From: Ranitomeya imitator
Lineage: Eukaryota
NCBI RefSeq assembly: GCF_032444005.1
Contig: NC_091291.1
Coordinates: 129,394,001 to 129,458,000 of the forward strand
Direction: 5' to 3'
DNA length: 64,000 nt
Positions 13,141 through 24,427 of the stretch are shown here, one piece after another; the first letter of the stretch is position 1, and every line of letters starts with the position of its first letter. Made by a program: the position numbers and the translations under genes. Under the pieces are notes generated by a model that saw only the letters and a program-made list of their open reading frames with translations, was not told the origin of the DNA and made no database searches.

Positions 13141-14665
13141 AAAAGAGAATGTGAGAACGAGCGCGAGAGAGGCGAGAACGAGCGCGAGAGAGGCGAGAAC
13201 GAGCGCGAGAGAGGCGAGAACGAGCGCGAGAGAGGCGAGAACGAGCGCGAGAGAGGCGAGAACGAGCGCGAGAGAGGCGAGAACGAGCGCGAGAGAGGCG
13301 AGAACGAGCGCGAGAGAGGCGAGAACGAGCGCGAGAGAGGCGAGAACGAGCGCGAGAGAGGCGAGAACGAGCGCGAGAGAGGCGAGAACGAGCGCGAGAG
13401 AGGCGAGAACGAGCGCGAGAGAGGCGAGAACGAGCGCGAGAGGCGAGAACGAGCGCGAGAGAGGCGAGAACGAGAGAGGCGAGAACGAGAGAGGCGAGAA
13501 CGAGCGCGAGAGAGAAAGAGGCGAGAACGAGCGCGAGAGAGAAAGAACGAGGCGAGAGAGAGAAAGAGGCGAGAACGAGAGAGAGAGAAAGAGGCGAGAG
13601 AGAGAAAGAGGCGAGAGAGAGAGAGAGAAAGAGGCGAGAGAAAGAGGCGAGAACGAGAGAGAAAGAGGCGAGAACGAGAGAGAGAGAAAGGCGAGAACGA
13701 GAGAGAGAAAGAGGCGAGAGAGAGAGAAAGAGGCGAGAACGAGAGAGAGAAAGAGGCGAGAGAGAAAGAGGCGAGAACGAGAGAGAGAGAGAAAGAGGCG
13801 AGATCGAGAGAGAGAACGAGGCGAGAGAGAGAAAGAGGCGAGAACGAGAGAGAGAGAGAGAAAGAGGCGAGATCGAGAGAGAGAAAGAGGCGAGATCGAG
13901 AGAGAGAACGAGGCGAGAGAGAGAAAGAGGCGAGAACGAGAGAGAGAAAGAGGCGAGAACGAGAGAGAGAGAGAAAGAGGCGAGAACGAGAGAAAGAGGC
14001 GGGAACGAGAGAGAGAGAGAGAGAAAGAGGCGAGAACGAGAGAGAGAGAGAGAAAGAGGCGAGAACGAGAGAGAGAGAGAGAAAGAGGCGAGAACGAGAG
14101 AGAGAGAGAGAAAGAGGCGAGAACGAGAGAGAGAGAGAGAAAGAGGCGAGAACGAGAGAGAGAGAGAGAAAGAGGCGAGAACGAGAGAGAGAGAGAGAAA
14201 GAGGCGAGAACGAGAGAGAGAGATCGAAAGAGGCGAGATCGAAAGAGAGGCGAGATCGAAAGAGAGGCGAGATCGAAAGAGGCGAGATCGAAAGAGAGGC
14301 GAGATCGAAAGAGACGAGATCAAGAAAGAGGCGAGATCAAGAAAGAGGCGAGATCAAGAAAGAGGCGAGATCAAGAAAGAGGCGAGATCAAGAAAGAGGC
14401 GAGATCAGGAAAGAGGCGAGATCAGGAAAGAGGCGAGAGGCGAGATCAAGAAAGAGGCGAGAGGCGAGATCAAGAAAGAGGCGAGAGGCGAGATCAAGAA
14501 AGAGAGGCGAGATCAAGAAAGAGGCGAGATCAAGAAAGAGGCGAGATCAAGAAAGAGAGAAGAGATCAAGAAAGAGAGAAGAGATCAAGAAAGAGAAGAG
14601 ATCAAGAAAGAGAAGAGATCAAGAAAGAGATTGAGAGAGATCAAGAAAGAGATCGAGAGAGATCA
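13141..14665. repeat. Purine-rich compound minisatellite: 21-bp GAGAGAGGCGAGAACGAGCGC, then GA-extended variants, then 17-bp AAGAAAGAGGCGAGATC
   Basis: Directly visible. It explains the 438 and 518 aa low-complexity ORFs. Confidence 0.95.
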
Positions 14666-17186
14666 AGCGTGAGACCAGCGGCCAGGCCCGTACATTGCGG
14701 GCTGTGATACACGGACGCCTATGCTGTGCGGATTACTATACTGAATTTCGGCACCTATAATCCGGACAGGTTTGCCACGCTCCTGCATTTCCACGTGTGC
14801 TTATTCTGCTGCAGAAACGCACCAAGTTGAGACAATACCAGGCCGGTGTGTTTAGCGCCTCAATGGAAATGAATGGGTAAAATCCTCACCAAAAACGAGC
14901 GTTTTCCAAAACGGACAATGACACGGTGGAGAAAAAGAAAATGCAATAAAAGCTACATTAATTCCCAGATTACAAACACGCAAAAAAAAAAATGCACCAG
15001 GGGATGTGGAGCAATGTGCGGCGCCGGTGAACAGGGCTCGTGTCCCCGCACATCAGGTCACCCAGGACGTGACACCTCATTTCCACACAGCTCTCTGGGT
15101 TATCAGGGTCAGACTGTCGGCATTGCAGAGAACCATTGAGCATGGTGCCCAGAGAGGAGCCGGCGTCAGAACCTGGCGCTTGTGACATGTAGCACTGCAT
15201 GAAACATTGAAAAAAGAGAGACCAGCAGAGTCACAAAGCCCAACAATCCTGCGCCTACAATGGCTGCTCCGCTAGCACACGACGGGCACGTGGCTTTTTC
15301 CTTTGCATGCCATTTTCATATTCGGTCCCATTCACACAGGATATTTTGGATCACTATTTGCTTTTTCTAAACACAGTGGGTCAATATAGCCTAAACTTAG
15401 ACCGTCTCCACGTGCCAAATTTATCACAGAGGTTATTTGTTCATCCCGGATGGTTGGCATTCTTCAGAAGATTAGTATTTCGCTTCTGATTTCAACACAG
15501 CCGTTAACATACTTCTACACAGGATGGAAGAATACGCTGTAAATTCAGGATAACGTGCAGATAACTCATCCTGAATTTCATGGATATTCTACACTGAAAG
15601 GAGCAAAATCTGCAAAGAAAATCTGAAACAGAAATGGACCTGCTGCACATTTGTAGACTCTGCATTACACGTCCATGTGCAGGGTGAAATTGTGATTTTT
15701 CAAAATTCCCACAGAAATCAGCAGCATTTAGGTCCTGTGTGGTCATTCCCTTAAAGGGCTATATCCAGCTGCATAAATAAATATTGCTTGACGAGCACTG
15801 TTGCCATTGACTCTTTATTCCAATTTCAAGCTGTTCTTGACATATTCCATCTTTTACGTTTTTTATACAGCTCATTCCCTTAGTGACCGACCACCACTGT
15901 AATCTAGCAGTGCTGGCCAGACATGCACAGTGCTTAGAAGCGGTTTTCTATTGAGTTTTGAAGCTGCGTGGGAACGTTGGAGTGCACAGTTATCACTTAA
16001 TCCTGGCCAGCTTCAGTGCAGTGCTTACAAACTAGACAGCACTGGTGGTCTGTCTCCTAGGTAACGACCTGTAAACAAAGGAATGGATGGAAAAACAAAA
16101 ACAAAACAAAAACACAGTACACTGCAAAAGTGCTTGTTATAAACACTACGCAATAACACTCATCTTCACCTTCTAGGGCTCCACACGAAAAATAATGCGA
16201 TCACAGTGGGTTATTGCACCGTGTGCCTATTCGGTTGCATGAAATTGCATGTGCACACAATTTGATTTTTTTCTGGCATTGATCACTAATCATGTTTTTG
16301 CCATTTCCCACATTGCATACATACACATTTTATTCTTTCTTCTTTTTAAAATGATAAAAAAAAGCCATTTTTTTAGCATTTAGGAAACCGAGGCATTTCA
16401 TAAATCCCTCGCCCTGCATATACGAAGATAACATCTTAGTGCAATGTGTGCAACCCTTGCAAGCGGATGGCATTAGCTTTTTAATGTGATCCTGCTCAAT
16501 GAAACTTTCCTCCTGCTCCCCCTCCACCTTCTCTCAAGGAGGCAATAGAAAATGCAGCCAAGTGGAAATCTTTTACTGCTCCATGAGGACAAGGTGTAAC
16601 CACAGAGAAATGCTCCAGCTGCCGGCTTATGACTTCCCCAACATTTCATGAGCCTCCATCAGAAGGAGACGCACCTTCTACCGCATTGTATGGGGTTAAT
16701 TATCATTTACTGGTTGCTCAATGGCACATCATTTTACAATTTTAAATGTTTGTTTAGTATTTATCGTCGTGCATATACCGCGTTATGTATGGTATGTTAT
16801 GTCGTTTACCGATCAGGTTAATTGATTTTATATTTTGATAGATCAGGCGTTTATGAACGCGGCGATACCAAATGTGTGAACAATGTCCATAATTGTGGAA
16901 TGCATATTTCACTGTAGTAGAATGCTTACTGCCATTCTATGTTTTTTGAATTATAAATAGTATATCCAGTTAAAGATATGATGACAAACTGAGTGGTTAT
17001 TGTGAGTACAATATTGTGGAAAGTAGAGAAAGATGGAATAATTCACATGCCTTGAGCAAGTGGTAAATCTAAATTTAATGTTAACATATTTTACATGGTG
17101 AATCCTTATGCCAAAAGGGAACAAATTTGAGGGGTATGACTTACCAATTTGCAATGTTCATTCTTCCTTGGCACCCTAATATATAT

Positions 17187-17584
17187 ATACAAAGCTGCTG
17201 TTTATTATTTTTTGCGTCCAGAATCGTTAGGGTGGTAGCGATGCAGGCGGCTGCCTGGGCTGATCTTTTATAGCGGCATGTGGTGCTGGTTTTAGGGCTT
17301 GGGATGAAGTAGCCATGTCCCGTCGCATGCAGTTGGGGCATGCTAGGAGCCGTCTTATTTTTTACATTTTTTAAACATTTTTTTTTTATTCAATATATAT
17401 AAAATTTAAAAAATAAGACGGCTCCTAGCATGCCCCGACTGCATGCGACGGGACATGGCTACTTCCTCCCAAGCCCTAAAACCAGCACCACGTGCCGCTA
17501 TAAAAGATCAGCCCAGGCAGCCGCCTGCATCGCTACCACCCCAACGATTCTGGACGCAAAAACTAATAAACAGCAGCTTTGTAT
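17187..17584. repeat. Long inverted repeat (178-bp arms, 42-bp AT-rich spacer)
   Basis: 17187-17364 is the reverse complement of 17407-17584 with a handful of mismatches. The ORF track shows near-identical peptides on opposite strands (17141-17341 minus, 17430-17630 plus). Confidence 0.9.
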
Positions 17585-18220
17585 TGTTCAAGAAAAATAC
17601 CACCAGAGAGCGGCAGATCACACCAGGTGACAAGAGAACAGAATAAAAAGCCACAGGCTAAGTGTTCTTATCACTGCATACAGGAAGCCAACATCCCCGA
17701 CGTCACCGGTAACAAAGCCGGGGCCACCGCCGGGGCTGCCGCAGCCTTCCAGCAATCGGAACCTGATGGTTCTGACGGTCATGTCTCATGCAACCTCCCT
17801 GCAATACTGCTCTAGATGGCAAATATTTCAGGACCCATCACGGTGAACCCCTGCAAGGCTACATACGTGCACACCGGAGTATCACAGATTACTCCTGGTT
17901 TTCTTTTATTAATTCCAGTCCTTCTTGGATCCAGCACAGAAGACTCCAGAGCGACCTCCATTTATCAAATAACCGTTTCAGGCTGAGTACTGTTAACAGA
18001 TAATGAAAGGAGACAGGGGATGCGGTTACACATAGAGCCGGCGAGCGGTGCAGGACTCTACATGCCGCTAAGTGAAACAACATCTGATTTCATGACAACA
18101 TTAAGTCATTCACACTGCAGCCGCAGCGGGGGGTTATTTTTAAGGTAGTGCAGCTACAAAGCGCTCGGGGCTCATCTTCCTGCACATAGAGAGAGATAAC
18201 CTCATATTAAACCCTTTCAC

Positions 18221-18345
18221 ACTTCCACCTTGACATCCTATTTAATCACTTCCACCTTGACATCCTATTTAATCACTTCCACCTTGACATCCTATTTAAT
18301 CACTTCCACCTTGACATCCTATTTAATCACTTCCACCTTGACGTC
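18221..18345. repeat. 27-bp tandem repeat, ~4.5 copies (ACTTCCACCTTGACATCCTATTTAATC)
   Basis: Directly visible, fused in frame to the Penelope fragment. Confidence 0.9.
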
Positions 18346-18369
18346 ATATTATTTACGTTTAACTTACAC

Positions 18370-18649
18370 GCTGGAAAAACTACAGATGCTAAACATCCGT
18401 GATACTGAAAAGGCCAAAACTACCGATGACCATTCCCTCCTAAAAACCCTACCGCGCCATTTCAAAATCCACCGTCATTCTAATCCCAGAGGCCTTTTCT
18501 TCAAAGCAATTGATCAAATCAACCTTGACATCCGTGGTGGAGATTTGAGTCAATCTTTAGCACAACTCGAGAGTAGGTGGATATATCGCCTGGGTACAAT
18601 AACTCTACATGGCCTCAATGAAAGCTTTGGCTTCAGCGCTTTCTTGTAG
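18370..18649 (+). mobile_element. Penelope-like retroelement fragment: C-terminal part of the GIY-YIG endonuclease
   Basis: Peptide ..RHFKIHRHSNPRGLFFKAIDQI..RGGDLSQSLAQLESRWIYRLGTITLHGLNESFGFSAFL* matches the conserved PLE C-terminal pattern RGGD..L...E..WI..L.T....GLN....FL*, recognised from memory of the family. Confidence 0.75.
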
Positions 18650-18687
18650 CTGTTACTCTGGATCAGGTTTTTAGGTGATTTTTGATG

Positions 18688-18940
18688 GTTGGCTGTTTGG
18701 TATTAGTGCACAAAAAGATAAGAGATAATATTCTGTATGTGGCATTGTTCACACAGGCAATGCAGAGCATCTGGTTTACGGCCTATTACTGACGCACATA
18801 CAGGCGGGCCGCCCAGTGCCACAGAACGCATGCTATGCGGACAGAGGCCAACAGTTTACAGAACCATCTCGGTCCGACTGCACCCTGCAAGATAAAATGC
18901 CCAAAAAAATCTTTTTGTGCACTAATACCAAACAGCCAAC
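18688..18940. mobile_element. MITE-like element with perfect 31-bp inverted ends
   Basis: GTTGGCTGTTTGGTATTAGTGCACAAAAAGA (18688-18718) and its exact reverse complement (18910-18940). No TSD was evident. Confidence 0.55.
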
Positions 18941-19129
18941 ACTGGATTGAAAGTGGTTGTTTCATCGGTATTGTTGCACCTGTGTGTTTGCCATCATAAA
19001 TCGTGTCTGCCGCACCCTGCTAGTGCATTTGATTGGAGGCTTCAGTAGGTAAACATCTCTGCTTTTTTTTCTCTGACTTTTTTCAATTTTTTTGAGGATT
19101 TCTAAGTCCTCTTTTTGTGTCGGTGAGCT

Positions 19130-19350
19130 TTTATATACATCGCATAGGACACCCCAAGATTGCCGTGTATACATCACATGATATACTGCGACTGCTGTAT
19201 ATACGTCACACAGGACACAGGCTGCTGTATATACATCACACAGGAGAGACTGGTGTACATACATCGCATTGGATACACAGACTGCTGTATACTTTACATA
19301 GGATACATAGACTGCTACATACATCACATAGGATATACGGAGCCTGCTGT
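19130..19350. repeat. Degenerate ~32-bp tandem repeat (ATACATCACATAGGATACACAGACTGCTGTAT)
   Basis: About 6-7 diverged units visible. Confidence 0.7.
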
Positions 19351-20002
19351 ATACACCACATAAAAACCTAATAAACTGGCACTGGCCGCTGTGTGACTTA
19401 ATCCAGTCCTTTATGTGCGGAGGTGGTTTGGAGTACAAATTGCTGCATATGAGTACAGTTATCTGCACAAAAATAAATGAAGGGTGGGTGGCCTGAAAAA
19501 CTACGGCAGCCTACTATGCAACTAAGCACCGCAGCCTAATCGAAATCCGTGTTACGCTGTATTAACAGCCATCCCATGCCGCAGGTTAGACGCTTTTGCG
19601 GTAAGCTTTAGCATGCTTTTCATTCTGTGGGTGAAGCTTGCCCTAAACAGATCTCCTCCTATTATAAAAAGACTGATCTCTGCACTATGCATCGCTCATA
19701 TTACGCACAGCTAATAATAATGCAGCTTCCATTACAGCTGCCTTTTTTTCAGACTTTATTACACACTGTTAATATGGTTTCATACAAACTCCAGATTACC
19801 CAAGCGATATAATTACTGCAATATGTCTCAGGCTGCAGTCACTTCTACAATAATGAGTCACAGGGATGAAGCTGTGCGGAGCACAGGTATGAAAGCAATA
19901 AGAAGAAACTGATGTTTTATTTCGGGTGTGTAGTGGGCATCGCATAATGTGGTCCTGCACCCGACTTCTAGCATTCTGGAGTCCACACTGGAGGGGTCTG
20001 TG

Positions 20003-20408
20003 TCCCTGGCATCCTGTGTTTACCAGGCTTCATTTTCAGTCCCTGCCATCCTGTGTTTACCAGGCTTCATTATCAGTCCCTACCATCCTGTGTTTACCAG
20101 GCTTCATTTTCAGTCCCTGCCATCCTGTGTTTACCAGGCTTCATTTTCAGTCCCTGTCATCCTGTGTTTACCAGGCTTCATTTTCAGTCCCTGCCATCCT
20201 GTGTTTACCAGGCTTCATTTTCAGTCCCTGCCATCCTGTGTTTACCAGGCTTCATTTTCAGTCCCTGCCATCCTGTGTTTACCAGGCTTCATTTTCAGTC
20301 CCTGCCATCCTGTATTTACCAGGCTTCATTTTCAGTCCCTGTCATCCTGTGTTTACCAGGCTTCATTTTCAGTCCCTGCCATCCTGTGTTTACCAGGCTT
20401 CATTTTCA
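20003..20408. repeat. 37-bp minisatellite, ~11 copies (CCCTGCCATCCTGTGTTTACCAGGCTTCATTTTCAGT)
   Basis: Directly visible, near-identical units. Confidence 0.95.
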
Positions 20409-22282
20409 TCACCTCTTTGCAGCTTTTATGTTGGCTGTTTGAGCTTTGTTTGTTTTTTGTTGTTTTTTTTTTTTTCTTCATTCGGTCCAAATTTTGACAT
20501 GATAGACTTTGGACCAAGAGCAGAGAGCAAATAGCATATTGGTCACTTTTGTGAGGGACATGTTAGGAATCCGCTGAAGAGGAGAGATTATTCGCACCTC
20601 GCTACATCAAGGATCATATTTTTTTCAGTTATCAGAATGGATAAAAATCCCACATATTACACTACTGGAAAAGGCTAGATGCACCCAGAGTTTTTTTGTT
20701 TGTGTTTTTCTTTTCTGAGAAGCAGAAACTCAGTTTATGAGAATTTTTGGAGGAGGATTTGGACTTTCCGCACAGTCAGTTTCTGCTCCAAAAAGTCCTT
20801 CAATAATTCTGGGTGCAAATAAAAGCATAGCCAAACTTTAATTATAAGCAGATTGGTGGGGGTCCAGACCGTGAGACCTGAACCGATCAGTCAAAAGACC
20901 TCTTCAGAAGTGGCGGCTGAGGAGCCCGGAGTCTATAACATTGTACTGCACGGTACTCTGCTGCTTGCATACGCCCCTGTCTCCTGAGATAAGCACTTTT
21001 AAGTGGTCATAAGTGAGTGGTGGGGGTCTCATGGCCCCTACCCCCACAAATCTCTCAAAAGTTTAGTTACTATTAGTGATGTTCTCCATCCAGAGACAGT
21101 TTGCATTTGCGCCTGTCAAACTCCTATAACAACATCTCTGTTGTGATTTACGCCAATTTTGCTGCTGAAATTAAAATGCATTTGCCATTTGCACGCCTAC
21201 CTGATGAATGTCCTATTTTTTTGGCGAATCTGATGAATTTGTTTCATCAAGCGTTTCAAACCATTTTATGCCAGAATTCGGTTATCAAATCCTTTTAAAA
21301 GTTCCATTCATTAGATGTCTGCCTTCTATCTAACCTGACAGATGTCGAGACGGATAAATAGAGGCAGGTCTTTGTCTTTATGCTCTTTATCTTCTGTTTG
21401 TCAAATGTAAGGATAACAGATGCAGGGTTGTAGCTCCAGCACCTATAGTGCTGGCAAAATGCCTCTAAATGGATTGCAAGTCACAATGAGAATAGAGAAC
21501 GTTTCTGGACAAATTAGATTGGTAAGTGATGAGGGCAGCATGACCACGCTCTTCTGTAGTTTTTGTGTGAAAGCACAGGTATGATTTTTAGGGAACCTGT
21601 CACAGGATTTAGGCTTCCAAACCCACAGGCAGTACGGAGCAGAGCCTGGCTTCACGACTGCAGTCATATATATGTTTCTCTAAAATGCTCTGACGTTTCA
21701 GAGATAATAGACTTTGGGGTGCTCCTGAGAAGATGCTCTAGATGATTGACAGGTCTCTCGTTATTTTTTTTTTTCTAATTGTATGCCAAGTCCCAAAGGT
21801 TGAAAAAATGGGATTGGAAACAGTCAGTAGTGCAGGCTCAGGTAGCGGGCAAACATCTGAGAACCTAAACTATGGCTGTCAGGACAAATCAGTTTTCTGG
21901 ACCTTTCCCTACCTCGTTAATGGTGTTCGTGGATGCTTTATTAGTCACCATCCCCTACAAGTGTGCGCACAGTGCTCAGGATACAATGTAGCCTTTGAAA
22001 TCAGTAGAATGTTCTATCCTGATACAATTATGGCTCCTCCTGACCTTCACAGCGCAGCCAGCCCTGATTTAGGCAAGGTCAGCTGGGACTGGATAGATTT
22101 GTATTGTAATCTGCTGCCGTGTAACCAGGGGGAGCGGGTCCACAACCCATTACCCTTTATTTAAAAACAGCGGGACTATCTTTCTTGTAGAACATGTCTA
22201 ATATAGTGTTATCATCAGACAGACGTGCAGGGCCGAGCGGGATTTTCCATTTCGCACAGTCTTGGCTCACGCATAAAGCAAT

Positions 22283-22522
22283 GGGCACCATGGTGGCTCA
22301 GTGGATAGCGCTGTCGCTTTACAGCTCTGGGGTCCTGGGCTCAAATCCCACCAAGGACGACATCTGCAAGGAGTTTGTATGTTCTCCCCGTGTTTGCGTG
22401 GGTTTCCTCCGGGTTCTCCCACACTCCAAAGACATAGTGATAGGGAATATTGATTGTGAGCCCCAATGGGGACAGCGATGATGTCTGTAAAGTGCTGCGG
22501 AATATGATGGCGCTATATAAGT
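22283..22522 (+). mobile_element. tRNA-derived V-SINE, near full length
   Basis: A-box TGGCTCAGTGG and B-box-like GGCTCAAATCCC. V-domain-like core TGTTCTCCCCGTGTTTGCGTGGGTTTCCTCCGGG..CCCACACTCCAAAGACAT. 3' part TGTAAAGTGCTGCGGAATATGATGGCGCTATATAA. Confidence 0.8.
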
Positions 22523-23073
22523 ATTATACCCCCGTAATACAGCATGTTTTGGAGAAGAGAATCATAAACTCTGTATAAAAATTGCAGGCAGGCACTTGTG
22601 GAGTTCAAAGACAACGCAGGGGTGTCCCCTGTCCAGGACCCTCATCTATTAGCACGATTCATAGGGACCTAAAGGGAGTCGTAGTCAATAACTGCACAGA
22701 ACACGGCGCACAGTTCTGCCTCGCACGCATGTAGATGGCACCGCGGTTTGAAGAGCTAATATTCTTTCATTTTCCATGCTTCACCTGTAAAAAGAGGTTC
22801 CCCCACAAAGAACACCACAACATGATCAACCTGCGGACGCTGCTAACAAAAGGATTGTCCACAGCAGACACCCCCTATGTATATGCATAAGCTACAGATC
22901 ATCCTGATTAGCTGGAATAGGCTTCAGGCTGCGTTCATGCAGTATTAGCTTTTAATGCTAAGAAGATGAGATCGGCATGGACTAGGAAATAAATATATAT
23001 CCCAGGGCCCGCTCTCATCTTTTTACCATCGGCTGAAATTTAGCGGTGCTCTGAAAGGAGATCTCTATGTTAA

Positions 23074-23559
23074 AGGGAATCTGGTCAGTAGGATCAACCC
23101 TCCTAATCCGTCTATAAGGGCATGTAAGTCATAGGAAGCCGAATAAAACGACACCTTGATATCTGCGATCCGATGTCTTATTCCAGAGAAATCCATGTTT
23201 TTCTTAATATGTAAATGAGCTGTTAAGATCTACGGGCCGGACATAGATCTCCCCAAGAATCTGCCTCCGGAGCTTAGAGGAGGCGTTACCAGTGTGAGAC
23301 ATGTAATGTCCGCTCTCCTGATCTACATGTCTCACACTGGTAACACCTCCTTTCATTTATAAGCTCTGTATGCAGATTCTCGGGGAGATCTACGTCCGGC
23401 CCATAGATCTTAATAGCTCATTTACATATTAAGAAAAACGTAGATTTCTCTGGAATATGACATCGGATTGCAGATATCAAGGTATCATTTTATTCACCTT
23501 ACTAAGACCTGCATGCCCATATAGAAGGCTTAGGAGGGGGTTGATACTGGCAGATGCCC
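23074..23559. mobile_element. T2/Kolobok-type MITE, essentially palindromic
   Basis: TTAA TSD (23070-23073 and 23560-23563), AGGG..CCCT termini, and arms that are inverted copies over ~230 bp. A second family member lies at 45053-45526. Confidence 0.85.
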
Positions 23560-23815
23560 TTTAAAAAAAAACAAAAAACATCCAAGATATACTGAAATGT
23601 ACCTCGGGTATGATCACAGGCTGAAGCTTCCGCTCTGTTCCTTTCTTTACCCTGCAGCGCCACTTTTTATGATTGGCTGCTACTAGTAAGCACAAGCCCT
23701 CCACGCACCCTCCAGCAATTCCCAGTAATCAATTACTAGTTATTGAACCACCAGTGAAAAACAGATGATCATCATAGTGGTTATACATACTGCATATACA
23801 CAGAGACTGCACCTA

Positions 23816-24427
23816 TCTGATTTTAATTTTCTGACCTCCGATTTTAATTTTCTGACCTCCGATTTTAATTTTCTGACCTCCGATTTTAATTTTCTGACCT
23901 CCGATTTTAATTTTCTGACCTCCGATTTTAATTTTCTGACCTCCGATTTTAATTTTCTGACCTCCGATTTTAATTTTCTGACCTCCGATTTTAATTTTCT
24001 GACCTCCGATTTTAATTTTCTGACCTCCGATTTTAATTTTCTGACCTCCGATTTTAATTTTCTGACCTCCGATTTTAATTTTCTGACCTCCGATTTTAAT
24101 TTTCTGACCTCCGATTTTAATTTTCTGACCTCCGATTTTAATTTTCTGACCTCCGATTTTAATTTTCTGACCTCCGATTTTAATTTTCTGACCTCCGATT
24201 TTAATTTTCTGACCTCCGATTTTAATTTTCTGACCTCCGATTTTAATTTTCTGACCTCCGATTTTAATTTTCTGACCTCCGATTTTAATTTTCTGACCTC
24301 CGATTTTAATTTTCTGACCTCCGATTTTAATTTTCTGACCTCCGATTTTAATTTTCTGACCTCCGATTTTAATTTTCTGACCTCCGATTTTAATTTTCTG
24401 ACCTCCGATTTTAATTTTCTGACCTCC
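23816..24427. repeat. 21-bp minisatellite, 29 virtually perfect copies (CTCCGATTTTAATTTTCTGAC)
   Basis: Directly visible. The ORF track gives 29 x SDFNFLT. Confidence 0.97.

Noticed and set aside
20570-20620. CTGAAGAG as a possible hammerhead ribozyme core
   Set aside because: No stem II followed by GAAA could be built.
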